A stretch of DNA of 40,569 nucleotides from Octopus bimaculoides. Lineage: Eukaryota. The translations under genes and the position numbers were made by a program. This document shows, in pieces, positions 1-11,416 of this stretch. The stretch spans positions 47,894,823 to 47,935,391 of the forward strand of contig NC_068995.1 of the NCBI RefSeq assembly GCF_001194135.2, written 5' to 3'. The notes below the pieces were generated by a model. That model saw only the letters and a program-made list of their open reading frames with translations, searched no databases and was not told the origin of the DNA. How positions within the stretch are numbered: position 1 is the stretch's first letter; every line of letters begins with the position of its first letter.

Positions 1-204
1 AGATGATCAAATTTTATTTAAAATGTAATACTTTGTATATAGTTTTAACATATCATAGCTTTAAACTTAGTAATTCTGCATATCTGTATCAATTAATGCT
101 CTGTAATAATGCTACAAAGTAAAAACTTACAATTTTAATTTTCAAAAGCTCGATTTTGTAATTTCACAAGCCTTTAAAATAGTGATCCCGAAACCCATAC
201 ATTC

Positions 205-261
205 TCTCTGTCTTTCTCTCTCTCTGTCTCTGTCTCTCTATCCACTCATCTATCTGTCTAT

Positions 262-313
<52 letters not shown>

Positions 314-560
314 TTGTCTGCCTGTCTGTTTGTTTGTCTATCTATCTATCCACCATTTTGTCTGTATCTGATCCAATCTCCCTTTCCATCTCTCATCTTG
401 TTTACCTCACTCCTCTCTTTCCACTCACTCAATAACTCGCACACTGACTCTCCCACTCACTCATTCTCTCTCTCAGTCTCAGTCTTTCTCTTTCTCTCTC
501 TCTCACTCTCACTCTTTCTCTTTCTCTTTCTCTCTCTCTCCCTATATATATATATATATG
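205..560. repeat. Compound (CT)n/(CTAT)n/(TA)n microsatellite tract
   Basis: Seen directly; explains the SLSLSL/IYLS ORF 182..847. Confidence 0.95.
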
Positions 561-713
561 AATATACATATGTATTCACAAACATATATGAACAAACACA
601 CACATACACGCTAATGTGTGCGTGTGCGCGAGCGATCCATCAAACTATCCAAGTATTATATGGCACATCCCAAGAGATTCCTTCTCCATTCCATAGATAT
701 GACATTAAAAAGA

Positions 714-765
714 ATAATAATAACAACATCAACAACAGCAACAACAACAATAGCAACAATAACAT
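714..765. repeat. Imperfect (AAT)n/(AAC)n microsatellite
   Basis: Seen directly. Confidence 0.9.
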
Positions 766-1199
766 AAAGTTCCTCTTCTCAATTCACTGGCTGCAAGCCG
801 CCATCATTAGCCTCCGCACTTACGTTTGGTCCGTTAGCGCTCATTAACTTGATCTTTACTGATATGCAAGAGGTTAGATACCCCGCCAATTATGATGGCA
901 TGCTGTTCTCGTTAGCTAATCAGCTTTTTGCACGCTGGCTTTTGTTGCTTTGCTTTTCCTTTTGTTTCTCTGTTTTCTTTCCTATTTATCGATTTCTATG
1001 AGGGTTTGTCTATTTTTTTTTGTTTTTTTTTTTTTTGCTTTCAATATTTGTTATTTCTATTTTAGTTGCACTGGAGTGTAACAATGACAAGACGGTGAAA
1101 CGACAGTTTGGGGGTCTTTATTTGTGCATTTTTTGTTTTTGCTTCTTTCTTTCATCATTGTTCTATGGATTTGTCCGCAGTAAAGCCTTTATTTATTTT

Positions 1200-1740
1200 T
1201 TTTTTAGAATAAAAAAAAAGCTAGACGGGAGATGGAGTGAGGGTTTTGAACTGTGTTTGGGGAGTTTGAGGTTAGGTCTTTCTAGTTAGGGGGATCTATC
1301 ACTGGAATTTTGTGCTTAGGTCATGCGATGGGGGAACGGTCATAGGGGGATTAGAGACAGACGTTGTGGCTTCTGGTGTTTGTCGCTGGAGTAATTGATT
1401 GATCTTTATGTTCAGGTCATGTGGTTAGAATTTGCCCAATATGGCTAATGTATCGGGATTTGGCTTCCAGTGCTTTCGATGTGGGATGTGGCTAGTGATT
1501 GTGATACGTTGGCCTCTCTCAACAAATGTATTTCCGTGTCTTTATATGATCTCTTCATTTCTGTTGGTTAGTTTAGTATGTTAGTAGGCGTTGACTCCTG
1601 GAACTAATGTAGTCGGCAGTTCTTTTGTGGGAGTTCACCGTGAACAAGCAGTAGTAATAGTCAGAGATGGCTTTGGGTGGTGCTATGTTTCGTGGTGATT
1701 CTATTTGTCTTTGCATTTCTGCTATTTTCAGAGGGTTTAA
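1200..1740 (-). mobile_element. Possible highly decayed non-LTR retrotransposon 3' fragment (I/Jockey-group-like, downstream of RT)
   Basis: The minus strand is A/C-rich like a LINE sense strand. Broken translations (TKLTNRNEEII / YKDTEIHLLREANVS...SH..STGSQI) loosely resemble the LQxIQNRALRIITGCHKxTxIxHLHxExxVLP motif of such elements. A-rich run on the minus strand near 1190-1205. Judged by eye only. Confidence 0.35.
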
Positions 1741-1805
1741 AGAAGATTTTTTCTTTTGTTTTGTTTACGTCTTTTGGCTGCTGAAGTCTTGACTAATTAT
1801 CAGAG

Positions 1806-2148
1806 TCGTCGCCATCATCATCATCATCCTCATAATCATCAACATTATCACCAGTACAAGCACCATCACCACCACCGTCATTATCATCGTCATGAAGATC
1901 ATCGTCATCGTCTTCGTCATCATCATCGTCATCGTCATCGTCGTCATCGTCGTCGTCGTCGTCGTCGTCACCATCATCATCATCATCATCATCATCATCA
2001 GTACGGTCGTCGTCATCGTCGTCATTATCGTGGTCGTCACCACCCTCCTCCTCATCATCAACATCATCACCAGCACAAGCACCACCACCACCATCGTCAT
2101 CATCATCATCGTCTTCGTCATCATCATCGTCATCGTCATCATAATCAT

Positions 2149-2187
<39 letters not shown>

Positions 2188-2195
2188 CACGGTTG

Positions 2196-2227
<32 letters not shown>

Positions 2228-2305
2228 ATCATCATCATCATCATCATCATCACGGTAGTCGTCATCGTCATCGTCGTCGTCATCATCATCATCATCACCA
2301 TCTTC
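1806..2305. repeat. Compound (CAT)n/(CGT)n/(CAC)n trinucleotide array with internal higher-order duplications
   Basis: CAACATYATCACCAGYACAAGCACC occurs at 1840 and 2059 (219 bp apart); ACGGT junctions occur at 2003, 2189 and 2252. Confidence 0.95.
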
Positions 2306-2541
2306 GTGAGTATTTGGGGTGCACGTGGACATGGTTCAGTTTCAGGTGTTGTATTTTAAGCATTTATCTATGTTTTGAGATGTTCTATAACAGAGATAAT
2401 ATAACTGGATTCGTGTTTGTGTCTAAGTAAAGACATACCCCCCCCCCCCAAAAAAAAAACCCAAAGAATTTACTGAAAGTTGTACACATCAACACTGATG
2501 ATCAATTGTAGAAATGTGCTTATAACAGATCGCAAGTGGCA

Positions 2542-3424
2542 TTTATAGTCTGTATAAATATTTCGAGCGTGTTCAAGCAGAGCTAAATTAAAATATTCGC
2601 AGAAGACTCCAGTTTTCAAAAATTATCATTACAGCAGACGAATAAACTAAACTCCAGTCTTATCTGCATGTTGTAAGTCAATGGGCGAGCAAAAAATAAC
2701 ATACGGTTAAATGAGATGAAATTAGATCTCATGCACTTTGGAGAAGAGAATGCGCTCAAGCTATCATACTCTCTTCCTTCAGGTGAACTGCTCACAGCGA
2801 CCAATATCAGGAACTTAAAAGTAAATATTGAGAACAATAATGGCTGGAGTGCTTAGAGTTTAGAGAGCAAAATGGAGTCTAGAGAGCAAGATGGTGTCTA
2901 GAGAACAAAATGGAGTCTAGAGAACAAGATAGAGTCTAGAGAGCAAGATAACATTGCCCTTTTCTCCTCCTTTGTGTGACCACATCAAGAATACTGCTGC
3001 TCCCTGTGGTTTTCCCAAACCAAGACACACATTACGAGGAGTGAGTCATTCCGCCTTGGAACATTGAAACTTTATTCCTTCTAACGACGCTGTGAGCGCT
3101 AAATCGTTTGCACAACGCGGAGAATACCACCAGCACTGCCTGAATGACCGTAACATGCGATTAAGAATTGATCCATGGTTGGTACCGTGTGTCATACGCC
3201 CTCTATGCAATTAAGGCTCTCAGTACATATTACAAAATTACATTTCAGCAAAATGCTCTATTGTTTTTAACATTATCTCGAAACAAATCAAAGAAGAAAA
3301 ATATCCCACCATCTTCAAACGATACATCGACAAATTTATTCAAGGGATACCAAACAAGCCACCTATATTTGGACACGACATAGACAACAACAACTCCCTA
3401 CTTGATTGGGACAAAATACCATAG
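2542..3424 (+). mobile_element. Decayed CR1-group LINE, ORF2 reverse transcriptase C-terminal half to stop codon
   Basis: Piecing frames together gives FIVCINISSVFKQS*IKIFAED (FADD motif decayed, 2596-2607); KLQSYLHVVSQWA; NNIRLNEMKLDLMHFG..LKLSYSLPSGELL; FSSFV*PHQEYCCSLW (2962-); LKLYSF*RRCER; FNIISKQIKEE..FKRYIDKFIQGIPNKPPIFG..NNNSLLDW. These are the ordered CR1/L2-type RT motifs, with stops, frameshifts and deletions. Confidence 0.88.
2861..2950. repeat. 19-bp minisatellite, about 4.7 copies (TAGAGARCAARATRGWGTC), inside the LINE
   Basis: Units start at 2861, 2880, 2899, 2918 and 2937. Confidence 0.95.
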
Positions 3425-3610
3425 TCAACATCAACTCACAAATTGAATGGGACAACCCCCTAATTTAAATACCAAAATCTTGACTTAAAAATGACAACGG
3501 ATTCTGTTAAGACAGACGTGTCCTGAGCGATTTTATGACCAAATCAAAAGCAAGTTTACTCATTGTCGTACATGACGTATTACAGTGGTATGTAATATAC
3601 GGATGACTTT

Positions 3611-3650
3611 ACTAGTAAGAAAGACTAATAAGAAAGACTAATAAGAAAGA
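3611..3650. repeat. 13-bp tandem repeat x3 (ACTARTAAGAAAG)
   Basis: Units start at 3611, 3624 and 3637. Confidence 0.9.
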
Positions 3651-3704
3651 CAAAATTAACAAAATGGAAAAATTACGTCACGGACCATTGAAATATCTGA
3701 TGAA

Positions 3705-3870
3705 TGACAGTGATATATAATAGATCTCAGAGCTAAGTATGATGAACCACCGTGACATATGAGGGACTGCGGTTATACATAATAGGTCACAGTTATATGT
3801 TACCAATCGCAGTGAAATATGAGTCGTAGTGTCGTAGTGATATAAGATGGGTCATACTAAAATATGACAT
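3705..3870. repeat. Possible decayed ~20-bp minisatellite (CAGTGATATATAATAG-like)
   Basis: Recurrent CAGTGATAT/CGGTTATAC/CAGTTATAT/CAGTGAAAT/TAGTGATAT words with irregular spacing. Confidence 0.3.
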
Positions 3871-3891
3871 ATTACGGCTATATATGAAGAA

Positions 3892-3940
<49 letters not shown>

Positions 3941-4674
3941 NNNNNNNNNNNNNNNNNNNNNNNNNNNNNNNNNNNNNNNNNNNNNNNNNNNNNNNNNNNN
4001 NNNNNNNNNNNNNNNNNNNNNNNNNNNNNNNNNNNNNNNNNNNNNNNNNNNNNNNNNNNNNNNNNNNNNNNNNNNNNNNNNNNNNNNNNNNNNNNNNNNN
4101 NNNNNNNNNNNNNNNNNNNNNNNNNNNNNNNNNNNNNNNNNNNNNNNNNNNNNNNNNNNNNNNNNNNNNNNNNNNNNNNNNNNNNNNNNNNNNNNNNNNN
4201 NNNNNNNNNNNNNNNNNNNNNNNNNNNNNNNNNNNNNNNNNNNNNNNNNNNNNNNNNNNNNNNNNNNNNNNNNNNNNNNNNNNNNNNNNNNNNNNNNNNN
4301 NNNNNNNNNNNNNNNNNNNNNNNNNNNNNTCTCTCTCTCTCTCTCTCTCTCACTATATATATATATATATATATGGAGGAAATAATTCACGGGAAAACAT
4401 TTGTGAAGATAGCATTGACGCTATTATTATCTAGTGTAACAATTTGAAAAAGGATAATAACAGAATCAATAATAAAGGGGATTGCAGGCCCAAAAGAAAA
4501 GCATTAAATAGCTGAATCTTTCAGTTATATATATATAGGGGATCATAGTGACATAGGATGGATTATAAGTGTCTATGAATAGACTATATTGCGAACAAAA
4601 CCGGAATTAAGACTAGAATGCTTGTTAAACCTCAGCTCAACATATTCCCAAGCAAGAACATACCGCCTTATTAA

Positions 4675-4790
4675 GATTATCCAATGTCCTTTGGTGGCAT
4701 TTTAAACGATGATGCTATTTTTTTTTACGTAAGTGAGATTTTGGCTGCTATTTCTTGCAGATAGAGCAACCACATAGAGGTTTTCCCGTT
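4675..4790 (-). mobile_element. Fragment of an Octopus-type interspersed repeat (GAAATAGCAGCCAAAATCTC...GGACATTGGATAAT)
   Basis: Resembles a repeat I recall from Octopus genomes. No second copy in the window, so unconfirmed. Confidence 0.35.
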
Positions 4791-5017
4791 GGTTGCTGGA
4801 TGTTGATGGATTTCCTGGAGGCGGAGTTCATGAGGTTCAGTTAGAGTTTGTGGTAGGAGGCACGTCACGTGGATAAACCGGAAGGTTACACCCATATGAA
4901 TGTATGTAATTGTGTGTACGTTACCACGCATATATTCATATATATTTATATATTTATGTATCATCTGTCTATCTTTCTTTATCTCTATATATCTATCTGT
5001 TTATCTATCTATCTATT

Positions 5018-5064
<47 letters not shown>

Positions 5065-6293
5065 NNNNNNNNNNNNNNNNNNNNNNNNNNNNNNNNNNNN
5101 NNNNNNNNNNNNNNNNNNNNNNNNNNNNNNNNNNNNNNNNNNNNNNNNNNNNNNNNNNNNNNNNNNNNNNNNNNNNNNNNNNNNNNNNNNNNNNNNNNNN
5201 NNNNNNNNNNNNNNNNNNNNNNNNNNNNNNNNNNNNNNNNNNNNNNNNNNNNNNNNNNNNNNNNNNNNNNNNNNNNNNNNNNNNNNNNNNNNNNNNNNNN
5301 NNNNNNNNNNNNNNNNNNNNNNNNNNNNNNNNNNNNNNNNNNNNNNNNNNNNNNNNNNNNNNNNNNNNNNNNNNNNNNNNNNNNNNNNNNNNNNNNNNNN
5401 NNNNNNNNNNNNNNNNNNNNNNNNNNNNNNNNNNNNNNNNNNNNNNNNNNNNNNNNNNNNNNNNNNNNNNNNNNNNNNNNNNNNNNNNNNNNNNNNNNNN
5501 NNNNNNNNNNNNNNNNNNNNNNNNNNNNNNNNNNNNNNNNNNNNNNNNNNNNNNNNNNNNNNNNNNNNNNNNNNNNNNNNNNNNNNNNNNNNNNNNNNNN
5601 NNNNNNNNNNNNNNNNNNNNNNNNNNNNNNNNNNNNNNNNNNNNNNNNNNNNNNNNNNNNNNNNNNNNNNNNNNNNNNNNNNNNNATATATATACATATA
5701 TTTATGCATGTGTATGTGCGTACGTACATATAAATACATATGTGTATGTGTGTGTGAGAGCATGTGTGTCTGTGGGTGTGTGTATGTATGTATGTAGGAA
5801 TGTAATAATGTGTGTATATGAAAAAACATACATATTAGTGAATGAAATTGTTTATAAACATATACACGCCCACACAAATTGTTAGCACTCAAGGCATGCA
5901 CACAACACACACACAACGCACACACACACAAACACACAGGCACACACACACAGGAACGCAAGTACGCACGCACGCACGCGCACTAGATTTACTAAGAAGA
6001 AAGACCAATAGAAGCAAAAAATGCACAAATTAAAAATGAATAAAACATAACTTTTTCCAAAAACTATTCATTAAACGCAAAAATAATGAAACCCCCCCCT
6101 TACAAAATACACATACACATGCATAAACATTTGTGCATGTATATATATATATATTCATATATGACCTCACACATGCAAAAACTGTCAAGCATACATAGAT
6201 AAACATACACGCACCCACCCACCCACCTACACACCCCCCCACACACACACACAAAGAAGCACACAAAATAAACTGAGCTTCTAATTGGATGCA

Positions 6294-6409
6294 ATCATCA
6301 TCATCATCATCATCATCATCGTAGTCATCATCACCATCATCATCTTCATCATCATCATCATCATCATCATTATCATCATCATCATCATCATCATCATCAC
6401 CACCATTAT
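6294..6409. repeat. (CAT)n microsatellite, imperfect
   Basis: Seen directly. Confidence 0.95.
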
Positions 6410-7659
6410 TCACACGGATGCTGCATTGAACTCAAGCCACCGTTTCTCTTCTACCCTCCCTCTCTCTCTCTCTCTCNNNNNNNNNNNNNNNNNNNNNNNN
6501 NNNNNNNNNNNNNNNNNNNNNNNNNNNNNNNNNNNNNNNNNNNNNNNNNNNNNNNNNNNNNNNNNNNNNNNNNNNNNNNNNNNNNNNNNNNNNNNNNNNN
6601 NNNNNNNNNNNNNNNNNNNNNNNNNNNNNNNNNNNNNNNNNNNNNNNNNNNNNNNNNNNNNNNNNNNNNNNNNNNNNNNNNNNNNNNNNNNNNNNNNNNN
6701 NNNNNNNNNNNNNNNNNNNNNNNNNNNNNNNNNNNNNNNNNNNNNNNNNNNNNNNNNNNNNNNNNNNNNNNNNNNNNNNNNNNNNNNNNNNNNNNNNNNN
6801 NNNNNNNNNNNNNNNNNNNNNNNNNNNNNNNNNNNNNNNNNNNNNNNNNNNNNNNNNNNNNNNNNNNNNNNNNNNNNNNNNNNNNNNNNNNNNNNNNNNN
6901 NNNNNNNNNNNNNNNNNNNNNNNNNNNNNNNNNNNNNNNNNNNNNNNNNNNNNNNNNNNNNNNNNNNNNNNNNNNNNNNNNNNNNNNNNNNNNNNNNNNN
7001 NNNNNNNNNNNNNNNNNNNNNNNNNNNNNNNNNNNNNNNNNNNNNNNNNNNNNNNNNNNNNNNNNNNNNNNNNNNNNNNNNNNNNNNNNNNNNNNNNNNN
7101 NNNNNNNNNNNNNNNNNNNNNNNNNNNNNNNNNNNNNNNNNNNNNNNNNNNNNNNNNNNNNNNNNNNNNNNNNNNNNNNNNNNNNNNNNNNNNNNNNNNN
7201 NNNNNNNNNNNNNNNNNNNNNNNNNNNNNNNNNNNNNNNNNNNNNNNNNNNNNNNNNNNNNNNNNNNNNNNNNNNNNNNNNNNNNNNNNNNNNATATATA
7301 TATGCTTTCTATATGCACGTACATACACAGTCACATACCTAAAGCATCGCAAATGTCACCGTGGTACATGGTTCACCTTTGGTAAATCCAACATTTTAAG
7401 TAATCCCCGGAGGATCTCCGTTACTCCCTACCCCTGTCCCTACCACAACATCCTACCCGCTCCCACCTCCTCTTCTTCTAGCCCCATCATCGTCCTCTTC
7501 ATCCTGGCATAGATCCCTGAAATCATTCATTCAATAGAATGCTATTAACCTTTTTCCCCGATATTACCATATCACGTGACCTCACCTCACACTCACCGTA
7601 CCGCACCCAACCACCAACGTACCATCTTCACCTCTGCCGTCGCCTTTGTGGTCGTTATG

Positions 7660-7747
7660 AGGATGAGGATGATGATGTTGATGATGATGATGATGATCGT
7701 CATTGCCACTGTCGTCATCGTCATCATCATCATCATCATCATCATTT

Positions 7748-7790
<43 letters not shown>

Positions 7791-7867
7791 CCACCACCAC
7801 CATCACCATCATCATCATCATTGTTGCCATCGTCGTCACCACCACTACCACTACTACCACCACCACT

Positions 7868-7898
<31 letters not shown>

Positions 7899-8034
7899 TC
7901 ATCATTAGTTGTTTATACTGCTATTCTTTGATGTTACTTGTTTGTTTGTTATATTAAATTTTCATCTTGAATCAGCAACTTTATTATCATAAATAATAGG
8001 CTGTGTTGGTCATGAAAGGCTGTAATGGTGACGG

Positions 8035-8104
<70 letters not shown>

Positions 8105-8232
8105 GATGTTGACGATGAAAACGATAAAGATGGTAGTTTTGGTTGTGGTGATATTGATAATGATGATGATGATGAGGAGGAGGAGGACAACGAGAACGGG
8201 GACGAAGAAGAACGTAGATTATGATATGATGA

Positions 8233-8266
<34 letters not shown>

Positions 8267-8450
8267 TGTGGTGGTGGTGGTGGTGGTATTGGTGGTGGTG
8301 GTGACGATATGGAAAGTGAATATCGAGGGCACCACCAACATCGCAACAACATTCCTAACTTTCATCACCACCGCCACTGTCACGACCAACGCCACTGCCG
8401 ACTCGAGCACCACCACCACCACCGCCACCACCACCACCTCCACCGCTGCC
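7660..8450. repeat. Compound trinucleotide region: (GAT)n, (CAT)n/(CAC)n, (GAT)n/(GGT)n, (CAC)n blocks in alternating orientation
   Basis: Seen directly; explains the poly-H/S/D/M/V ORFs at 7539-8741. Confidence 0.95.
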
Positions 8451-9694
8451 CCTACCCCTCTCTCTTCCTTCCACGTGACCGGTGTCCAGCCAGCTATGAA
8501 CTTTCTCTCTTGGCCTGACTGCCGACCGCCAACACCTCTTATGTCTATCTCCTATGTTCCTGCTTTTAGGCTTTCACTTCATACACTCCAGCTCAATTTG
8601 ATTCGTCCTCAGTCGAAAGACACTTGTAGCTCTATTCCTGTTTGTATTTGTAATTGTGTACCATGTTCTCCGTATTTTTGTCTTTGTTGCCGTACACATT
8701 CGCTAACTTTCTTACAAAAAAATCTAATGCTCTTAGCTTAGACTGTTTGGAGGGGTCAACCAGGTCGAACAGTCTGAAGTGTAACCGCGCGAAACTGTAA
8801 GGACATCTGGTAACTTGACTGAAGAAAGAAAGCCACGAATGACCCGTCCCTTTTTTTTGCCTGTCCGTCTTTGTATCGTCTTTCTGTCCGAATGTTTCAT
8901 TGTCTTCTTTTGCGTTTTTGTTCCATTTTATCATATTTAAATATACATATAGCGACATAAATACATATTTGTGCTCACCTTATAGTATATATATATATAT
9001 ATATATATATATGTTTGTGTGTGTGTGCGTGTTTGTATATATAGTTATGGTATATTCTGTTAAGAACGTGGTAGATCACATTATAAAGTTCATCCACCTT
9101 CAGATTTACCCTGTCCTATCGAGTAGCAGTAGTAGTATCAGTCGTACTTACAGGTTTGCGTTTGGGCATCTGTCATTTGTGCATATATACTTGAAAAAAT
9201 TGGAGTCAACAAGAAGGGGTACGGTTGCACATCTATTTTTTATATCACAACAATTATTTACACGCAACGTAATTCACCAAGAGTGTACGTACTTGACTAT
9301 GCAATTGTTTCCATGCATTATGAGATCTAGTTGTGTTTCCTCAGGCGAAATGTAAATATTGTCTCCTTGAGTTTGAAATCCTCGGCTTCAAGAAAGTTCT
9401 CTCTGTCTGTCGTGGCCTAAATTTAGTAGTCGATTATACACACGCACACACATACAGAGGCACACACACACATATACATATATATACATATATATATAGA
9501 GAGAGAGAGGGAGAGGGAGAGAAGGAGAGAGTGAGAAAAATAGATAGATAGATTCTATATATACAGGCCTGCAAAACCATACAGACACGCCCACACTATA
9601 AGCATCTATATACGTAATACATCTCTGGGTGTAAATGAAGACTAATTTAAATTCTTTAACGTCAAAAACATTTGATGCTTCAGCCAAACTATCT

Positions 9695-9822
9695 GCCTGT
9701 CTGTCTGTCTTGCCTTCTCCCCGCTCTCTCTCTCACCCCATCTCATACACACTGGGTCTCTGTCTCTCCCTCTCTGTCTCTGTCTGTCTCTCTCTCTCTC
9801 TGTATGTATGTATGTATGTATG

Positions 9823-9880
<58 letters not shown>

Positions 9881-9980
9881 AAAATACGTCCTTTTTCCTT
9901 GTCTGTCTAGCCATTTGTCTCTCTCTCTATTCTCTCTCTCGCTCTCTCTCAATTTGTGTGTCTGTCTGTGTGTTCTTTTG

Positions 9981-10031
<51 letters not shown>

Positions 10032-10032
10032 C
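9695..10032. repeat. (CT)n/(GTAT)n/(CTAT)n compound microsatellite
   Basis: Seen directly. Confidence 0.95.
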
Positions 10033-10464
10033 GAACTCTCTGATTTCCCTCGTATTACTAGATTATCTGGCTCAATGTGGCTTTTTCCCCTCTCCAGGGA
10101 ATCAAGAATCATCTATTAGTACAGGAAAAAAATAAAGATCTATTTGTAAAGGAGATAAACATTCAAAAGAAAATAAACCCCCCAAAAAACATCAGAGATG
10201 AACGAATATAAAATTTATAAAGCACAACCAATTTCCTTCCTATCTTTTGTTTTTTTTCCTCCTTCAAATGTTGACCAAAGCTTAATAGCATGACTGTGGC
10301 AAGAAATTTGATCTGCACTCCATCGTACAAGCAATTGCTTTGCGGCTAACTGGTTGTAGTCACGTTCTTCATGTAATCGAGGTAGGTCTGATTCCCTTGG
10401 ACGTTTTGTTATACGAGATGACACGTTTTTAACCCAACATACACCGTTAACCTATGACAGAAGA

Positions 10465-10485
10465 AACAACAACAACAACAGCAAC

Positions 10486-10534
<49 letters not shown>

Positions 10535-10596
10535 TTGATGATGATAATGATAATTATTATTATTATTATTATTACTATTATTATTATTATTATTAA

Positions 10597-10629
<33 letters not shown>
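10465..10629. repeat. (AAC)n-(TAA)n-(TTA)n compound microsatellite with inverted halves
   Basis: (TAA)n at 10488-10533 is followed about 20 nt later by (TTA)n running to 10629. Confidence 0.95.
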
Positions 10630-10785
10630 GATAAACACTCTGAAGCAATTAATAGAAACACAAAGACAAATAAGTCAACAAAGCTATCGTAAAGATAAGA
10701 CGAAGAATGAAACTTCGATTGATTTTCGGTTTAAGAAAATGGCTGTCTCTCCTTGTATTGTTTTAAGCAGATTATTGTGGTTGTT

Positions 10786-10890
10786 TGGCAAAATCGTTAA
10801 AATATCGTAGAAAATGCCCTGCGTTATTTCTTTGCGTTCTTAGTTCAAAATTCCGCCGGTGTCAACGTTCATTTTTATCATTGCGGGGAT
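10786..10890 (+). mobile_element. Degraded tRNA-derived SINE, family C (5' part)
   Basis: TGGCAAAATCGTT...AAATGC...CGTTCTTAGTTCAAAATTCCGCCGG contains a B-box-like GTTCAAA and aligns by eye to the copy at 37882-38046. Confidence 0.65.
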
Positions 10891-11416
10891 GCGGATTTAT
10901 GTTATACGTAGGGCAAGTGAAGGACTCCTATACATACAATAATCTGCTTAAAACAATACACACATTAGCTATGCTTGTGCATGTGTATTTGTGCACGCGC
11001 GCGCGCGATAATGACTTCCTCTTGCACAGTTTAGAATTTTACACCCAAAGTATTGGGCAAAATGAAGAAAATATATACACTTGTTTCAGATGCCACAGGG
11101 TAGGATTGAACATGAGTCCCCGTGACTGAATAGAGAACTGGTTAACTACGCTGCTATTGATTTTGATAAATGTCAGATAAACGTATCTGCAGTCATTGTT
11201 TGTTATTGTTCTTACATAAGTTTGTACTCATCATTAATCACGGAAGTAGTATTAATATCGAATAGCAATTTTCTTGGAAACATATTTATATAATTCTTTA
11301 AGAACACGATAATATTCTGGTATAAATCTTGAGCAAGCATCTCGTACTGACGTAAAGTGTTAAAAAGCACAATTTAAACACGTATAATTATTGTGAGTGT
11401 TTATTGAGCGAAAACA

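Noticed and set aside
1756-2430. His/Arg-rich 224-aa ORF as a histidine-rich protein
   Set aside because: It is the CAT/CGT frame of a microsatellite and starts at TTG. It lacks the Gly-His-Gly-type repeats of cephalopod beak His-rich proteins.
2495-2514. CTGATGA-N9-GAAA as a third hammerhead
   Set aside because: No stem II pairing, no downstream ACG/stem III signature, and no stem I complement.
2861-2950. 19-bp array as a CRISPR-like repeat
   Set aside because: The units are contiguous with no spacers, the context is eukaryotic, and there are no cas genes.
3168-3383. 71-aa ORF as a gene
   Set aside because: It is an off-frame reading of the decayed CR1 ORF2.
8740-8775. AGACTGTT/AACAGTCT hairpin as a miRNA or terminator
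   Set aside because: Only an 8-bp stem with a 20-nt loop, which is within chance expectation.
8632-8958. 108-aa minus-strand ORF or exon after TTTCTTTCTTCAG
   Set aside because: No recognisable homology, only a weak donor, and an ORF start in low-complexity sequence.
9140-9240. Minus-strand donor CCT|GTAAGT and plus-strand acceptor TTACAG at about 9150
   Set aside because: The partner splice sites are ambiguous and no frame gives a recognisable peptide.
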